A DNA stretch of 64,000 bases from Sminthopsis crassicaudata (GCF_048593235.1 NC_133620.1:27747772-27811771), one strand, 5' to 3'; positions 50,855 through 64,000 are shown, counted from the first letter of the stretch. Translations and numbers: made by a program. The notes: a model not told the origin generated them from the letters alone.

Positions 50855-51522
50855 NNNNNNNNNNNNNNNNNNNNNNNNNNNNNNNNNNNNNNNNNNNNNN
50901 NNNNNNNNNNNNNNNNNNNNNNNNNNNNNNNNNNNNNNNNNNNNNNNNNNNNNNNNNNNNNNNNNNNNNNNNNNNNNNNNNNNNNNNNNNNNNNNNNNNN
51001 NNNNNNNNNNNNNNNNNNNNNNNNNNNNNNNNNNNNNNNNNNNNNNNNNNNNNNNNNNNNNNNNNNNNNNNNNNNNNNNNNNNNNNNNNNNNNNNNNNNN
51101 NNNNNNNNNNNNNNNNNNNNNNNNNNNNNNNNNNNNNNNNNNNNNNNNNNNNNNNNNNNNNNNNNNNNNNNNNNNNNNNNNNNNNNNNNNNNNNNNNNNN
51201 NNNNNNNNNNNNNNNNNNNNNNNNNNNNNNNNNNNNNNNNNNNNNNNNNNNNNNNNNNNNNNNNNNNNNNNNNNNNNNNNNNNNNNNNNNNNNNNNNNNN
51301 NNNNNNNNNNNNNNNNNNNNNNNNNNNNNNNNNNNNNNNNNNNNNNNNNNNNNNNNNNNNNNNNNNNNNNNNNNNNNNNNNNNNNNNNNNNNNNNNNNNN
51401 NNNNNNNNNNNNNNNNNNNNNNNNNNNNNNNNNNNNNNNNNNNNNNNNNNNNNNNNNNNNNNNNNNNNNNNNNNNNNNNNNNNNNNNNNNNNNNNNNNNN
51501 NNNNNNNNNNNNNNNNNNNNNN
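50855..51522. other. Assembly gap (668 N)
   Basis: Run of N read directly. Confidence 1.
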
Positions 51523-51894
51523 ACCTTTAAGAGAGCATATTTTTAAGAAGTTCTAACAAGCCTACTCTCTAGGAGGAGGAGTCTGATTCATTCCTACGTC
51601 TACCTTCATTCTGGCTGGAGACATTGGGGAAGCCGAGAGGCTGAAGGCTGAAGGACTAACCTTTGGATTTGGAGACATTCGGACAAGAGCTCTCCGGAGT
51701 CAAGAAGAGAGATAGGCCTCTACTAAAGCAGAAAAAGATTCAGGATTTTGAAGGACACAATATAGGATCTGGACTTTAACTCCTGCCTGCATTTGGGATT
51801 ATTGAACTTAACTGAAGCTAAGGCTGCCTCCAGAAGCCCCCCAAGAGATCTGCTCAAAGAGAATGATTATAATTTAAAGAACAAGAACATTACA
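51523..51894 (+). mobile_element. Probable LTR, 3' part; the 5' part is lost in the gap
   Basis: AT-richer block ending ...aagaacaagaacattaCA, resembling dasyurid ERV LTR ends as I recall them; composition changes abruptly after 51894. Confidence 0.55.
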
Positions 51895-53589
51895 CTAGCC
51901 TGCTTCCACCAAATCTCCTCAGATGCACTGGGCTCCCCACACCCTGTCTGATAGAGAGACCATTCAAATCAAGCCCCCGATCTGATACACATTCAGGAAA
52001 CGTCACCTTTGGGCCTCCCCCTTTCCCCTCACCCCACAGAGACTGAGCCGCCTATTAGGGCCCCTAACTACTACCCTCTTATATATCCAGGCAAACCTCA
52101 GCCTGAGTTAATTCCCATGTGAGGCACAGAATACCAAGAAGAGTGTACCTGAAGACCTCCTTCTTTCTCCCCAGCAGGCCCAGGAGGCCACCCAGGGCTC
52201 AAGAATGCTCCTGTTCCCTGAACATCCCTCCGGGGAGTCCCATGAAGCAGTACAGTATGGTGGAAATACGTCACCTCGGGGCCAGGCAGTCTGGCTGTGG
52301 ACAATCACATCTGTTGCTTCCTAGAGTGATTCTTGTTAAGTAGCTTCCTTTCTCTGAACCTCAGTTTCCTCCTCTCTAACATGGGGTCCCACCCTCGCAT
52401 GACCTACGGCACGTCCATCAATGTGAGGACCAAATGAGATGACATCTAGGAAGCATTCTGCAAACCCTAGTTTGCTCTGGGATTGTCTTTGGATGTGTCT
52501 TGGGCAAAGTTTGGGGGCCTGGTTTGACCAGGGAGAGTTGGCACAGATGGCACTGCCCTCCCCATCCTTCTCTCTTCCTGCCCTCTGCCTAAGGTTCTCT
52601 CCACTATTGGCCTGAGCCCTGATCTCCAGAGGCGTCTGAAGGCAATATAATACTGAACACAATTTCTGAAAAACTGCTCCCCACGTCCCCGTCAGGGGGC
52701 AGATACTAGGACTGCTGCCCCCGTTTTTTGGATGAAGAGAGTGACTCAGAAGAGACGGGAGGGGAGCCACTCTCCTGTGGTTTGATGGCTAACAAATATC
52801 CCCCCAGCCCAGATCCACCTTCTGCTCTCACGACTCCAAATACCGACAGGAAGCAGTACCCCAGGAGAAGCCAGCACCGTGTGGAGGGACAGTAGCTCCC
52901 AGGGAGCAGCTGGGGGGAGGGGTCCCACCAGAGTCTCTTACTGCAGGCGGCCTGTAGACTCAGCTGCTCACATCCGTGGGCTGGCTCTGGGCCCTGAGGG
53001 AATTCAGACTAGGGCCTAGCCTGGAATCAGGACCAAGGTCAAGGCCAAGGGACAGGACTAGGGGGCTCAGCCTAGGGCTTAGGGACAGGACCCATGCTCA
53101 GACAGGGACCAAGGTCAGGACTTGGGCAGTGGGATGGCTCAGAGCAGCGGGCTTGGAGTCAGGAATACCTGATTACAAATCCAGTCTCAGACACTGACTA
53201 GCTGTGTGATCCTGGGCAAGTCACTTCCCTTAATTTCCCTCAGTTTCCTTGACTGTAAAATGGGGATAAGAGTAACCCCTATCTGCCAGGTTTGTGGGGA
53301 AGTTTGTAAAAAGCACTTAGTACAGTTCTTGGCCCACGGCAGTTTCCATATAAATGTCACTCTTGTTGTCATTGATTTTGGAGCCATTGGTGGGGCTCAA
53401 ACTGGGGCCAGACCTAGCCAGGACCAGAGTCAGCGGCTGGATTCAGCCCAGAGTCAAGGTCAGAGGTCAGTCCAGGAGCAGGGTCAGGGCCCAGCCCAGA
53501 GGCAGGATCAGAAGTCAGCCCAGAGTCAGGGTCAGGGTCAGGGCCAGAGCCCGGGGCTGGGGCAGTGAGCAACAGTCCCCAGCCGCATA

Positions 53590-54620
53590 AGGAGAGAGTG
53601 GCTAGGGCGGAGGACGAGGGCGGGGGCCGTGGGCCGGGCTGGCAGCGTGGCGGAGGCGGGGCCACAGGAGGGGCGGGTCGCGATCCCCGGACCGGAGCCT
53701 CCCCGGGGCTGGACCAGCAGAAGAGCAACCGCGGCCGCAGCTGCCTCCAGCGCCCGGAGGCCGGCCCCACGCGGCACAGAGAGCTCCCGGACGGGCGGGC
53801 AGACGGACGGACGGACGGACAGGCGGACGAACATCGGCTCGCCCCTTCGAACGCCTGGCCGGGCCCTGCCGGGTGAGTAGCTCTGGCACCCACCCCGGGG
53901 CCCCGCCCCCCGCCGGAATCTAGCTCGGCACTCGCTGGGTTTCGCTCACCGCCCCCCCCCCCCCCCCGTGCCGGGCCGGGCCCGACCCTTCTGGGGGGCC
54001 GACCCGAGCCGGCTCCGGGTACCGAGCGTCCAGGGGCCCGCCGCAGGGCTGCGCGAGGGGACCCGGGCCAGGGCTCAGGACTGCGCGAGGGAAAGGCGGG
54101 GGCCGGGCAGCAGGACTCTGTGAGGGGAACCTGGGACCGGGCCAGGAAACGGGCTCTTCTGGGTCTCGGGGCGCGGGGGCGGGGGAATCCAGGCTTTCTC
54201 CTCAGGAAAGCCCCTTTCTAAGCCCGGGAGAACGGGTCCGAGGCTCCGGGGCGGAGGAGGAGCCGGGGCTGGAGGCAGGGCCCGGGTGCCAGTCCCAGGT
54301 CCGACAGGTTCCTTTCCCAAGCCCCACCTGCCGGGCTTCGGGAGCGCCGCCTTAATCGGACCCTTCCGACCTTAGCCCGTGAGAGGAGCGTGGGCTTGTC
54401 TGGGCGTCCGGCTTCCCAGCGCTCCCCCCGGGAGGGTCTTAAGTCCCCGCCGCGTCTCGGGCTTTCCCTGGGGAAAAGCGAAGGTTCGTGGGAGCGATTC
54501 CGAGGCTTGGTTTAAATCACCTGGGGGCCAGCCCCGCTCCGAGTGACCTCATGTGGGCAGGGCAGCCTTCCTGGAGGAGGTGTGCTCGAGGCAGCGCTTT
54601 GGAAGGAGCTGAGACCATTG
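53590..54620 (+). promoter_or_regulatory. MOB3C CpG-island promoter and probable non-coding exon 1
   Basis: GC boxes GGGCGG at 53605, 53618 and 53671; strong donor ccgg|GTGAGT at 53872/53873; no ATG in the putative exon. Confidence 0.7.
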
Positions 54621-55139
54621 GCTGTTAGAGATCACCCGGGAGGAGACTAATCTGAAGAAGCTTCAAGCGGGCGAGTCCGGAGCCCTCCTGTCCTACAGAC
54701 CTAACTCAGTGCCCCCCTCCCCCCCAATGCCTGAAACCTCAAGGGGAAGGCAGGACAGAATGCCCTGATGCAAAGGGGGGAAGGGGGATAAGAGCAAAGG
54801 GGTATCCAGCGGAGGCCAGTCTCGCTGAGGGTGGGGGATACAGCTTCCTTTTCAGCCAGCCCTTGAAGGCAGGCCAGCGTCGTGGTCCCCGCTTTCCTAA
54901 AGGGAAAACAGGCCCAGAATGTGAGATGATTTCTCTGGGGTCTCGGTTTCTAGGGGGAAAGCCCCAGCCCCGGGCCGGGCTCTGCACAATGAACACTAGA
55001 CCTAGGAGGGAACCTGAGATGGCAGGGAGAGCCTCTGGTACAGTGGAGGAAACTGAGGCTAAGTAAGAACAGGACTTCCCCCGGTTCGGATGTCCCAGAG
55101 CCCTCTCTCCCAGGCTTGAGCTTTTCCTCAGAAGCCCAA

Positions 55140-55480
55140 CTGGGAAACCGCCATCCACATCCAGAGAAAACTATGGAGTCTGAATGTGGATCGAAGCATA
55201 GGATTTTCCCTTTTATTCTTTTTTGGTTGTTGTTGTTGTTGGGGGTTTTTGGTTGTTGTTTTGTTTTGTTTTTCTGTCTCCTGTTTTTTCTCGTTTGATC
55301 TGATGTTTCTTGCTCAGCATAATGAATATGGAAACATGGCCCATGTTTAACCTACATCAAATGGTTTGCTGTCTCAGGGAGCTGAGGGGGAATGGGAGAA
55401 AAAATTGGAACACAACATTTGGCAAAGGTGAATGTTGAAAAGCATCTTTGCATAGAATTGCAAAAAATACTATTTTTAAA
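55140..55480 (+). mobile_element. Old L1 3' UTR fragment
   Basis: gccatccacatccagagaaaactatggagtctgaatgtggatcgaagcata...aatgttgaaaa, the same family as 7740-8230. Confidence 0.75.
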
Positions 55481-57964
55481 AAGGAACCCTCTGATCTGAA
55501 TTCTCAAAGTTGTCCTGGTGGGGGTGCTGTAGGGGACTGGCCTGGACCTGGGAGAAGAGAACAGGGAGCAGGGGGGAGAGGGAGTTGCAAGGGGCTAAAT
55601 GAGGCTCTCACAGGATAGGAGAGGCTGAATCAGGATGCAGTGCGTGCCCCTTCCCTGGAGGCTGGGGCAGAAGCTGGATGCTCACTTGTCTGCGATGCTC
55701 CAGTGGGGATCCCTCCTTGTATGAGCAGAACCAACAACTCTTAAGGGAACTGCCAACTCCACTTCTGTGATTCTGTGAACCTGGGGAGGGGCCAGGGAAG
55801 GCAGGAAACAGAGGGATTCTCCTCTGTTTGCAAAAAAAGCTGTCTGCTCTCATTCTTCTTCTTCTTATTATTATTATCTCCCTGAGTCCACACCAAACCC
55901 CTGGGAATCCCAGAGCTGGGATCAGCCCATGAGGTTTTCTACATTTTACAAAGAAGGCTCACACCTGCCCCAGACTCACCTTCAAGGTCCCTCAGTCCAG
56001 CATCCATGAGCACCTGCATAAGCTCTGTGCTAGACCCAGGGATTCAGAGATAAGAATGAGAGCCATTCTCTCAGAGAGCTCCCCTCCCCTGGGCCTTGTT
56101 CACACAAAGGCTGTTGGGTCATAGGAGCAGTGTATTTTAAGCTGAAAACTGCTAGAGCCATTTCATCACCCCCCCCCCGCCCTCCAGGAAAACTGGTCCC
56201 TGTCCTAGGGAGGGCTGATGCTACTGGGCAAGGGCTTCTCACTTGAGTCCAGTCTCTAGTGCCAGTCACCTCCAGAAGTCCACTGGACCAGGAGTCAGGA
56301 AAGAGACCTATTTTTGATATTCAGTTTTCCCCACTCAGAGACTCAGTTTCCCCTGCTGTAAAATGGAGACAATTAGTCTTCATACTCTCTATCTTTCAGA
56401 GGCTTATGGGGAAAGTAGTTTATTCATTTCAAAGCTTCAGAGAACCAGGCAGGCAAGTTCCTGCCTCCTGTTCTTGCCCCTTCCTCCCTCAAGCTATAAA
56501 GTTTATCCTATTCATCTTCCTGCTTCCTCCCCATCACCCGGGATGTGGCCTTGCCCAAAGCAGCCCACAGGATGGTCCTGTGTCTGAAGCAGCAGGAAAA
56601 AAGAAGCAGCCTGCAGAGCCCCTTCACACTGTAGTTCTTCCCAAGTCCCTCTGCTCCAGGCAGGAGGGCAGCTTCTCTTTTGGGAGGCCTCTTAAGGGCC
56701 CATTTCTCTGGGACCTCTTCTTCCTGCTTCCCATAAGGTTCAGTCTCTGGCCCTTAAGTGTCTTTACCTTTGTTCAGGGACAAACAGAGCAGCTTCCTGA
56801 TCGTGAGCTGAAGGAGATTCAGAGACTGCCCAGGGAGGGGGGGAAAGAGGGCTAGATGTGCTTGCTGTCATGGATTCATCTCCCCTTTCTGGGAGGGAAG
56901 GAGAAGAGAAGGGATGGATTCAGGGCTGTATCTTAGATAGAAGCTTGTGTGTGAGAGAGAGAGAAAAAGAGAGAGACAGAGACATGAACTCTGAGTAGGA
57001 TGGACAGACGAGATGCTTTCCAGACCAGTCCCAACAACCCTTAGCCATACTCCCGAGAAAAGCGAGGATGATTATTCCAGCTCGGAAAGTGCTTTGTCAG
57101 TATTGCTGAAGGTCTCCATGTTTCAAAGCACACAAGGCTATCAGCGGCCTGACCCTGAGTATTTCATCTCCGTGTGTTCCCAGCAGGGGCTACTCGAGGC
57201 CATTTCTAAGGGCCCTTTCAGCGCTAAGGAACAAGAGGGGGCTACCGGTGGGTAAGACCCCCACGCCTGTCCCCTGCCTGAATCACTAGGATTCTATAGA
57301 GAGAAACAATCAGGTTCTGAGAGCTTGATTTGCTTAAGAGCATTGCTAAGGCCCCAGCCATCCAGGGAAGGATCCGGGCATCCCTCGTGAGTGACCAGCC
57401 TGAGGTTTCCCAACCCTCCTCGGATTCAGCGTAGAAGCACCGTGCCTTTGGGCCCCCCAGAGAGGAGGGACCAGAGTGAGCTGAGCCCCTGACAATGCCC
57501 CCATCCCACCCCCGTGCCATGAATGTTGGCTATGAGTCAGACATATCCCGCTGCCTATCTCCTCGGACATCAGAGAACCACATCCTCAAGAGAGGAGGCC
57601 TGGGAGAGGAGAAGCAGCTCTTCAAGGGAGCCATAAGCATCAGACCTCTGACAGGAGGCTTGGGGAGGAGGGAGTGCAATCCAGACAGGACCTGGAGTGG
57701 GGCCATGTAGGGTCATGTTTGGGGAAAGGGGAAAGCTGATTGGCTAAATCGCAGAGTGTCTGAAGGGAAACAAGGCTGGAAAGTCAGACTGGAACCCAAT
57801 TGTGAAGGGCCTTCCATGCCGTTTCCTTTCCCCGTTCCTAAGTCCCTTTCGGCCTGGTCTCCTGGACATCTGGAAGCAGGCCAACTGCTTTTAACTGTTA
57901 TCCCATGTCCATCCTTAGCCTATAAGTGAAGGCACAGAAATAGAATGGAGAACTTATATTTTGA

Positions 57965-58400
57965 ACTGACAATCAACAAGCATTTATTAAGCACCTACTA
58001 TATGCCAGGGACTGTACTAAAAGCACTGATACAAAAAAAGGGCAAAAGCCCATCATTCCTTGCCCTCGAAGAGTTCACATTCTGGTGACAACAAATAAAT
58101 TATTAGATACACAAAAGAAACCAGAAGGAAGGCAGTCTGAGAAGGGAAGGATCAACGGTCAAGGGTTCTGGGAAAAGCCTCTTATAGAACGTGAGGCTAG
58201 AGTTGAGTCTTGAAGGAATCTAGGAAGCCTAGCTGAGGAAGAAAGGTCTCCCAGGCAAGAGGGACAGCCAGTACAAAGGCAAGGAGGTAGGAAATGCAGC
58301 AAGAATGCCCGTGGGAGCTGGATGGTTGTGTATGTAGGAGGCCGTAATGTATAAGGTTAGAAAGGAAGGAAAGAACTAGGTCATGAAGTATCTTAAAGGT
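57965..58400 (-). mobile_element. L2 3'-end fragment
   Basis: aatcaacaagcatttattaagcacctactatatgccagggactgtacta is the reverse complement of the L2 terminus. Confidence 0.7.
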
Positions 58401-60575
58401 CCTTTGCTCAGAAGACTTCTGTGTTGGAAGGCCAAGGGGACTTGGACTTTGATCAACATGGACTGGCTCGGGGTCCTCCCTCTGCCCAAGAATATGAGCT
58501 GGGGGCTGGGGGTTGGGGAGGGGGACTGAAGAGAGCCTTATTTAAATGGGTCAGCCTTTGTTCTAGAAAGGAAGTGAACTGTCCAGAGCCAGAGGCAGCA
58601 GCTGTGTCTACATAAAGCTTCTGCAGAGTCATCCACTCTCCTTCTCCCCAGCCCCCATGACTAGCAGAACCCAAGGCTGAAGCAGTTGATTGAGGCTGAA
58701 GAACAATTTGAGTTTATGGGAAATCAGGTCCCTTTGGATGAGCCTTGAGCTTGCCCTGGCTCCCTGCTTGGAGAGCTCGCGGGCTAAGAGAGACGGGGCA
58801 CCCCGCCAGCCTGTGCACCCCTAGAAAGAGCAGTAGATGATATGTTGGCCGTACAAGAGCTGCACAAAAGAGCCTATAAGTGTCAGTAACGAATACGGGA
58901 CAGATCAAATCCATAGGTGTCGAAAGGGTACGATACTAAAGGAGGTAAGAGCGAGGGCAGAGTCCAGGGCTTATCAGAGTTCTGCCTGTGAGTCAACAGT
59001 GGGCTATAAGAGCCAAGAAAGCAAAGGTTGATTGGGAGGAGGAGGGGAGAGTCCCTTTGGCCAGGCCACAAGTGTTCTGCCCTGGGCACCACAGAGAAGG
59101 GGAGTCTCCAGAGGAGAGACACGCCCAAAGGTGAGGGCACCAGGGTGTGCCTTCTCCTGAAAGAAGTGTCTCAGCTGAAGGAACAGGTGGTGTTTAACCC
59201 AGAGAAAAAGAGACTGGGGGAGGAGAGGAAGGCCTGAGAGATGCCCTCCACTATCTGGAGAGCTATTGTGGAGAGAGGGATGAGTTTTGTTCTCCTGGCC
59301 CCAGAGCCAGAACGAGAAGCAGATTTTCCCCACACTGAGTGCTCTCTGCAAAGTGATGGACAGATGGCCGGTTCCTCCCCCGGGGTCTCCAAGCAGATGC
59401 TCGTGGAAGATGGGTTATCAGGTGGCCATTTCTCTGGAAGAGCTCCAGACCTTTGTCCCCACCGTGGCTGGTTCTGTCTCCTCTGGCTACCAGCGCCTTT
59501 CCCTGCCCAGCCACACAGCACTGTCCTTGGCAGGAAAGGGGGAAAGCCAATTTCTCTTCGTGGCCCCCAGAGCCAAGCAGGGCTTCACCACTAAAATTTG
59601 CTGAATTAGCGTCTTCCTGGGTGAGCCCATTCTTTCCCACCCCCACCCCCCATTGTGGAGAGCCAACCCGCTCAGTCCTTCCCCTCTGTGGCTTCTCCTC
59701 TCAGGGCTCTTTCCCCCACCTCCCCAGCCTGCAGCCCACACATCCTGCTGAGCTCTTTCCTCTTTCAGCCAGAAAAACCGGAAAAAGCTTTTTGGGCAGA
59801 AGCGTCCCTCCCCCCGTGCCCTGGGAATCCCCCAGCCAACCGGACACGGGATATCCAGGAGGAAGTGTCCCACTGCCAACCAACACAAAACACGGGCAGC
59901 TGTGATCAGGCAGGCCTTTGTGTCCAGACCCCTGCCTCGGGACTGTCCCTCTGGCAGAGCTTGAGAGAAGGTTCTCGCTCTCCAGGAAGACGATGCCCGG
60001 CGCCTTGGCCCAGCAGGGCCGGAAGGACCTACGTTGAGGGTGGCTGCCCATGGCCCTGGTCCTTAAGCCTTCCATATATGGCAGAAGGAGAGCATGGAGC
60101 CCATGACCTAACCTGGGTCTGGAACAGATGCCAGCCTGGGCCATTCCCAGACCTGCCAGTGCCCCAGAGGAGCCGCTAAGGGCATCAGGAAGGGCTTGGA
60201 AGCCGCTGTGACAGTGTGAATGGGCGGGCCTTGACTGCACATGGGAGGCCCTTAAGAAACGTCAAGTGTGAATTCAAGCAGGAAACTTCCCGAGGAGGTG
60301 GCGTTTGGGGCGGGCTTGGAAAGCGAGGTGGGATGTCAGGATGGGGGATATAGGAAGGCAGACATTCCCAGTGAAAAAAACAGTGAAAGGAGGTAGGAAG
60401 AGTCCAGACTCCCAGATCCCGGGGGGTCCATCCCCCTAAGCCCCTCATTGTACAGCAGAGGGAACTGAGGCTGCAGCAGGCCAGGACAAGGTGAGCAGGA
60501 CGTCCCAGAAGGAGAGGGCTCGCCACTCACGGCTCCATCTGTCTCTTGTAGGCCCGAGCTGCGCCAGCCCCCGCC

Positions 60576-60993
60576 ATGGCTTTGTGCCTGAAACAGGTGT
60601 TCAACAAGGACAAGACGTTCAGGCCCCGGAAGCGCTTCGAGCCGGGCACCGAGCGCTTTGAGCTCTACAAGAAGGCACAGGCCTCCTTGAAGTCGGGCCT
60701 GGACCTGCGGGCCGTGGTGCGGCTGCCGCCTGGGGAGAGCATCAACGACTGGCTGGCTGTGCACGTGGTGGACTTCTTCAACCGCATCAACCTCATCTAT
60801 GGCACCATGGGCGAGTGCTGCACAGAGGCCAGCTGCCCGGTGATGTCGGGCGGCCCACGCTACGAGTACCGCTGGCAGGATGAGCAGCAGTACCGCCGGC
60901 CCGCCAAGCTGCCCGCCCCCCGCTACATGGCACTGCTCATGGACTGGATCGAGGGGCTCATCAACAACGAGGCTGTCTTCCCCACCCAAGTGG
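60576..60993 (+). CDS. MOB3C: MOB kinase activator 3C, first coding exon (partial gene)
   Basis: Acceptor ttgtag at 60551, Kozak gcc[28 protein letters not shown]...VFPTQV G|gtgagt; 418 coding nt. Later exons are not seen in the window. Confidence 0.96.
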
Positions 60994-62289
60994 GTGAGTG
61001 CCCTGGCCGTTGGAGGAAAGTGAGGACTGGGGGTGTTGGGAAGCCCAGGGGAGAGGGGACAGGAGGAGGCAGATGCAGGGGGGCCTGGGAGCTGAGCAGG
61101 AAAATGACCCTGGCAGGGAGCCTGGAAGCTGAGTGGAGACAAGGCCCTGCCGAGGAGCCCAGGAGCTGAGCAGGGATGGTCCTGCCAGGAAGTGCATGGC
61201 CTAGCAGGGATATGACCCTGCTCCCAGGAACCCAGGAGCTGAGCCTCTGGCCTGAGTAGAGACACAGAGCTCCCTGGAGCTCCTTGGGGGTAGGACTGTA
61301 ATGACAGTCCCTGAGTAGGAGACAGGGCCCTGGAGGGGGAGTGTTGGGGATCCTGGGAGGAAAGAACACAGTGATTGTACTCTCCTTCTCATCTTATCTC
61401 CTCCGCCCAGAAGCTGGGGCTGTGGTTTAGGCCTTGACTATCTCCAACCCACCCCAGTTGCTGAGGTATCCCTGACCTTGGTCTGCTGGGGGTGGGGATA
61501 AAGATGACCCCCTAAGGAGAGATACTGCAGGCAGAGTAGCTTGTGGGGCCTCAACCCTGTAGCCCACCCAGCCCAGCTCCCTCTCTGGGATATAGGGCTC
61601 CCTGTGGCCTGTGTTGATGCAGGCCCTTCTCACTCTGTGGTACGACTTTTCCCCAGTAGCTGTCCTTCATATTGTGGCAGGATCATTGGATTGGCTTGGA
61701 TCTTTCCAGTAAGAGCTCCCTAACACTAAAGATATTCATGAGCACCGGGTAACCCCTGGAGGGTCCTACTTTGAGAAGGAGGTAGGTCCAGGGGAACTTG
61801 GAGCTTCCTTCCAGCCTGGAGAATCTCAAAGCCTCTTACTCATCCCCTCAGAAAGCAACCCTTCTCATAAGGAATGGAGAAGCCATGGGAGAGGCGTGGG
61901 GGAGGAAGAGCTTACGATCTCAAGAAAAACTTGGGAAAATCTAGAAATGGCAGAGGGCAGAGTGGGATGAGGTCATGCTGTCAAAGGGACAAGGAGGATC
62001 TAGCCTAGAGAACCAAAGAGATACAGGCCAGTGGTGGGTGGAGTCAGTGCCTTTGCTCATCTTGTAACCTTAGTCAAGCTGCTGCTCTTGTCTGGATGTC
62101 TACCTCCTTATCTCTAAGGGCACCTGAGTAGCCTCCAAGGTACTTTGCAGCACTTGCTCCATGAGCCTGGGAAAGAGCCATAGCTTCCTGAGGGAGTCAC
62201 AACTCCTGACAGTATGGCAGAGGGGGCTTAGAACCAACAGGTCTGGGATCGATCCTTTGCCTCAATCAGGCCTCCTTTGGAAGACTGGG

Positions 62290-62760
62290 TTCATTTCTGG
62301 GTACCACATTTTAAAGAGGACATTGACCAACTGCCTGGATGGGGAATAGCCTTGAAGTCATATCTTAGAAGGATTTGTTGAGGGAAGTGGGAATATTTAA
62401 CCTGAAGAAGGGAAGGCTCAGGAAGACATGAAAGCTCTCTTGGACATTTGAAGGGCTTTTATATGGAGGAAGCTCAACCTTGTTCTGCTAAATCCCTGAG
62501 GTGAGAACTAAGAGCAATAGAGTGAGAAGGAATGTTGCAAAGATGCTAAATCCATCTAGAAGTCAGTAAGAACTTACTAAAGTGCATTGGACTATCAGGA
62601 ACTTGGGCTGTCTCAGGAACTTCCTAAAGCAGATTGGGCTATCTCAAGAACTTGCTAAAGTAGATTGGGCCATCTCAGGAAGAAGTGAGCTCCCCATCTT
62701 TGGAGGCTGGGATGTTACAGCAGAGATTCCCTCTTAGATGGTCCTTCCAGCTCTCAGATT
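62290..62760 (+). mobile_element. CR1/L3 3' region fragment
   Basis: ccacattttaaagaggacattgaccaactg...tttaacctgaagaagggaaggctcaggaagacatg, typical of L3 ORF2 3' remnants. Confidence 0.6.
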
Positions 62761-64000
62761 TCATGATTCTGACCTGAGATAGCAGATCAGATCTGCTTCC
62801 AGGCCTTGACTCACAGTCTTTCCAAGCTCTGTATCTCTGGTAGAGTCTTTGAGAGTCGCCTCTCATCCACACCAGAGAAGAAGCTCCTATGGATCAGCCA
62901 ATTACAGACCCATGGCATGGGCCCAGGACTCTCCAGGGTTCAACATCTCACGTGTTTGGGGTCTAAATCATGTTCTCTCTCTTCCTGAGACTGGACAAAA
63001 CAAATCACATAGGAGGCAAACTCCGTGACGCCCAAGTTCCAGGGACAAGCAGGAAGGAGGGTCTTACTCCCAGCCCCTGGCAGCTAAACTGGTCACTCTT
63101 CTCCCCTGGATCCATCCCTCCCCCAGAAAGCCATCTGCAAGTCTCTTTCCTTCCCAGACTGCAAGCTAGCTAGCCCTGGGGCCCTTGCTACAGCCTTCTC
63201 ACCTCCCTTCCTGTCTGGAACCAATCATCGGCCTCTGCCAGTCACCCTGCACCTCACCTTTTCCATATAGGTGTTCTGTTACACCCGTGAGATAACATTG
63301 TTCTCCAGGAAACTATGGGTGTAACTGCTTTGCTAGGAGATAGCAGAATCCCCGAATCCCCCCTTGGAAAGGACCTCTGAAGTCATCCAGTCCCAATGGC
63401 ATCTCCAACAGGTGCCATCCAGCCTTTATTTGCATATCTCCCCTAACTGGGAGCTCACTTCTTGAAAAGGCTGCCCATGTGCTCATACAGCTTGGAGTGA
63501 AAGATTTCTGCTTGATAGCAGGAAGGACTTTCTTACCACTGGCTATAATATGGCTATTAATATTAATATGGTGTTCTTGAAATAGGCTGAGAAAAGACTC
63601 GGAAATGCTATTTTTTTTCCATCTGGTGAATGGAGTGAGGACTTTTATGGTGTCAGTTGCCAGTTTGCCAATGTTGAAGGGTGGCAACCATTTCAAGCAC
63701 TTAATAACTATTAGTCACATGGATGATTTTTTTAAAAAAGGAATACTATTTTCACCTCTTATTGGAGGCACCCATCCCTTTGCAGAGTCAAGAGGTCTAC
63801 AAACATCACCCATTGTACATATTTTCATACTTTTTCCAATGTTTTGATCAGTTAGGTTGATTTTCTTTTTCTCTCTTTTTTTAATCTTTGAAAAATTGTT
63901 ATTTGCTTTATGAGATAATTCTCTGGGAAGGGGAGAGATGGGGGGAAAAATCAAAATCAATACACATTTATTTTTTAAAAATTATGTTGGGAACAATGAG

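Noticed and set aside
60994-61169. Continuation of the MOB3C ORF to 197 aa
   Set aside because: This is read-through into the intron after the strong GTGAGT donor; homology stops at FPTQVG.

Overview
Marsupial genomic DNA, probably dasyurid: it carries WSINE1-type and MAR1 SINEs and marsupial-type L1. It holds the conserved cluster EFCAB14(+), TEX38(-), ATPAF1(+), MOB3C(+). Bases 1-8.3 kb are AT-rich and repeat-dense (a young 5'-truncated L1 with a perfect 16-bp TSD nested in an older L1, LTR/ERV remnants, SINEs); the rest is GC-rich. EFCAB14 is complete, with 11 coding exons: 11889-12124, 12564-12712, 20049-20194, 24770-24868, 27697-27807, 29774-29869, 30802-30993, 32425-32496, 36145-36229, 37845-37973, 40116-40309 (1509 nt, 502 aa). 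TEX38 exon 2 is clear but exon 1 is tentative. Only ATPAF1 exons 1-4 are visible; the rest probably lies in the N gap at 50855-51522. MOB3C shows a likely non-coding exon 1 and its first coding exon, and continues beyond the window. Four GC-rich minisatellites lie in or near promoters and introns. I see no new protein system. The strongest leads are in ATPAF1 splicing: intron 2 has a GC donor and a CAG-TAG tandem acceptor whose proximal use gives an immediate stop, and intron 1 has a 1.37-kb guanine-free repeat next to the exon 2 acceptor. Gene identities and human comparisons are from memory of the orthologues, not database searches.
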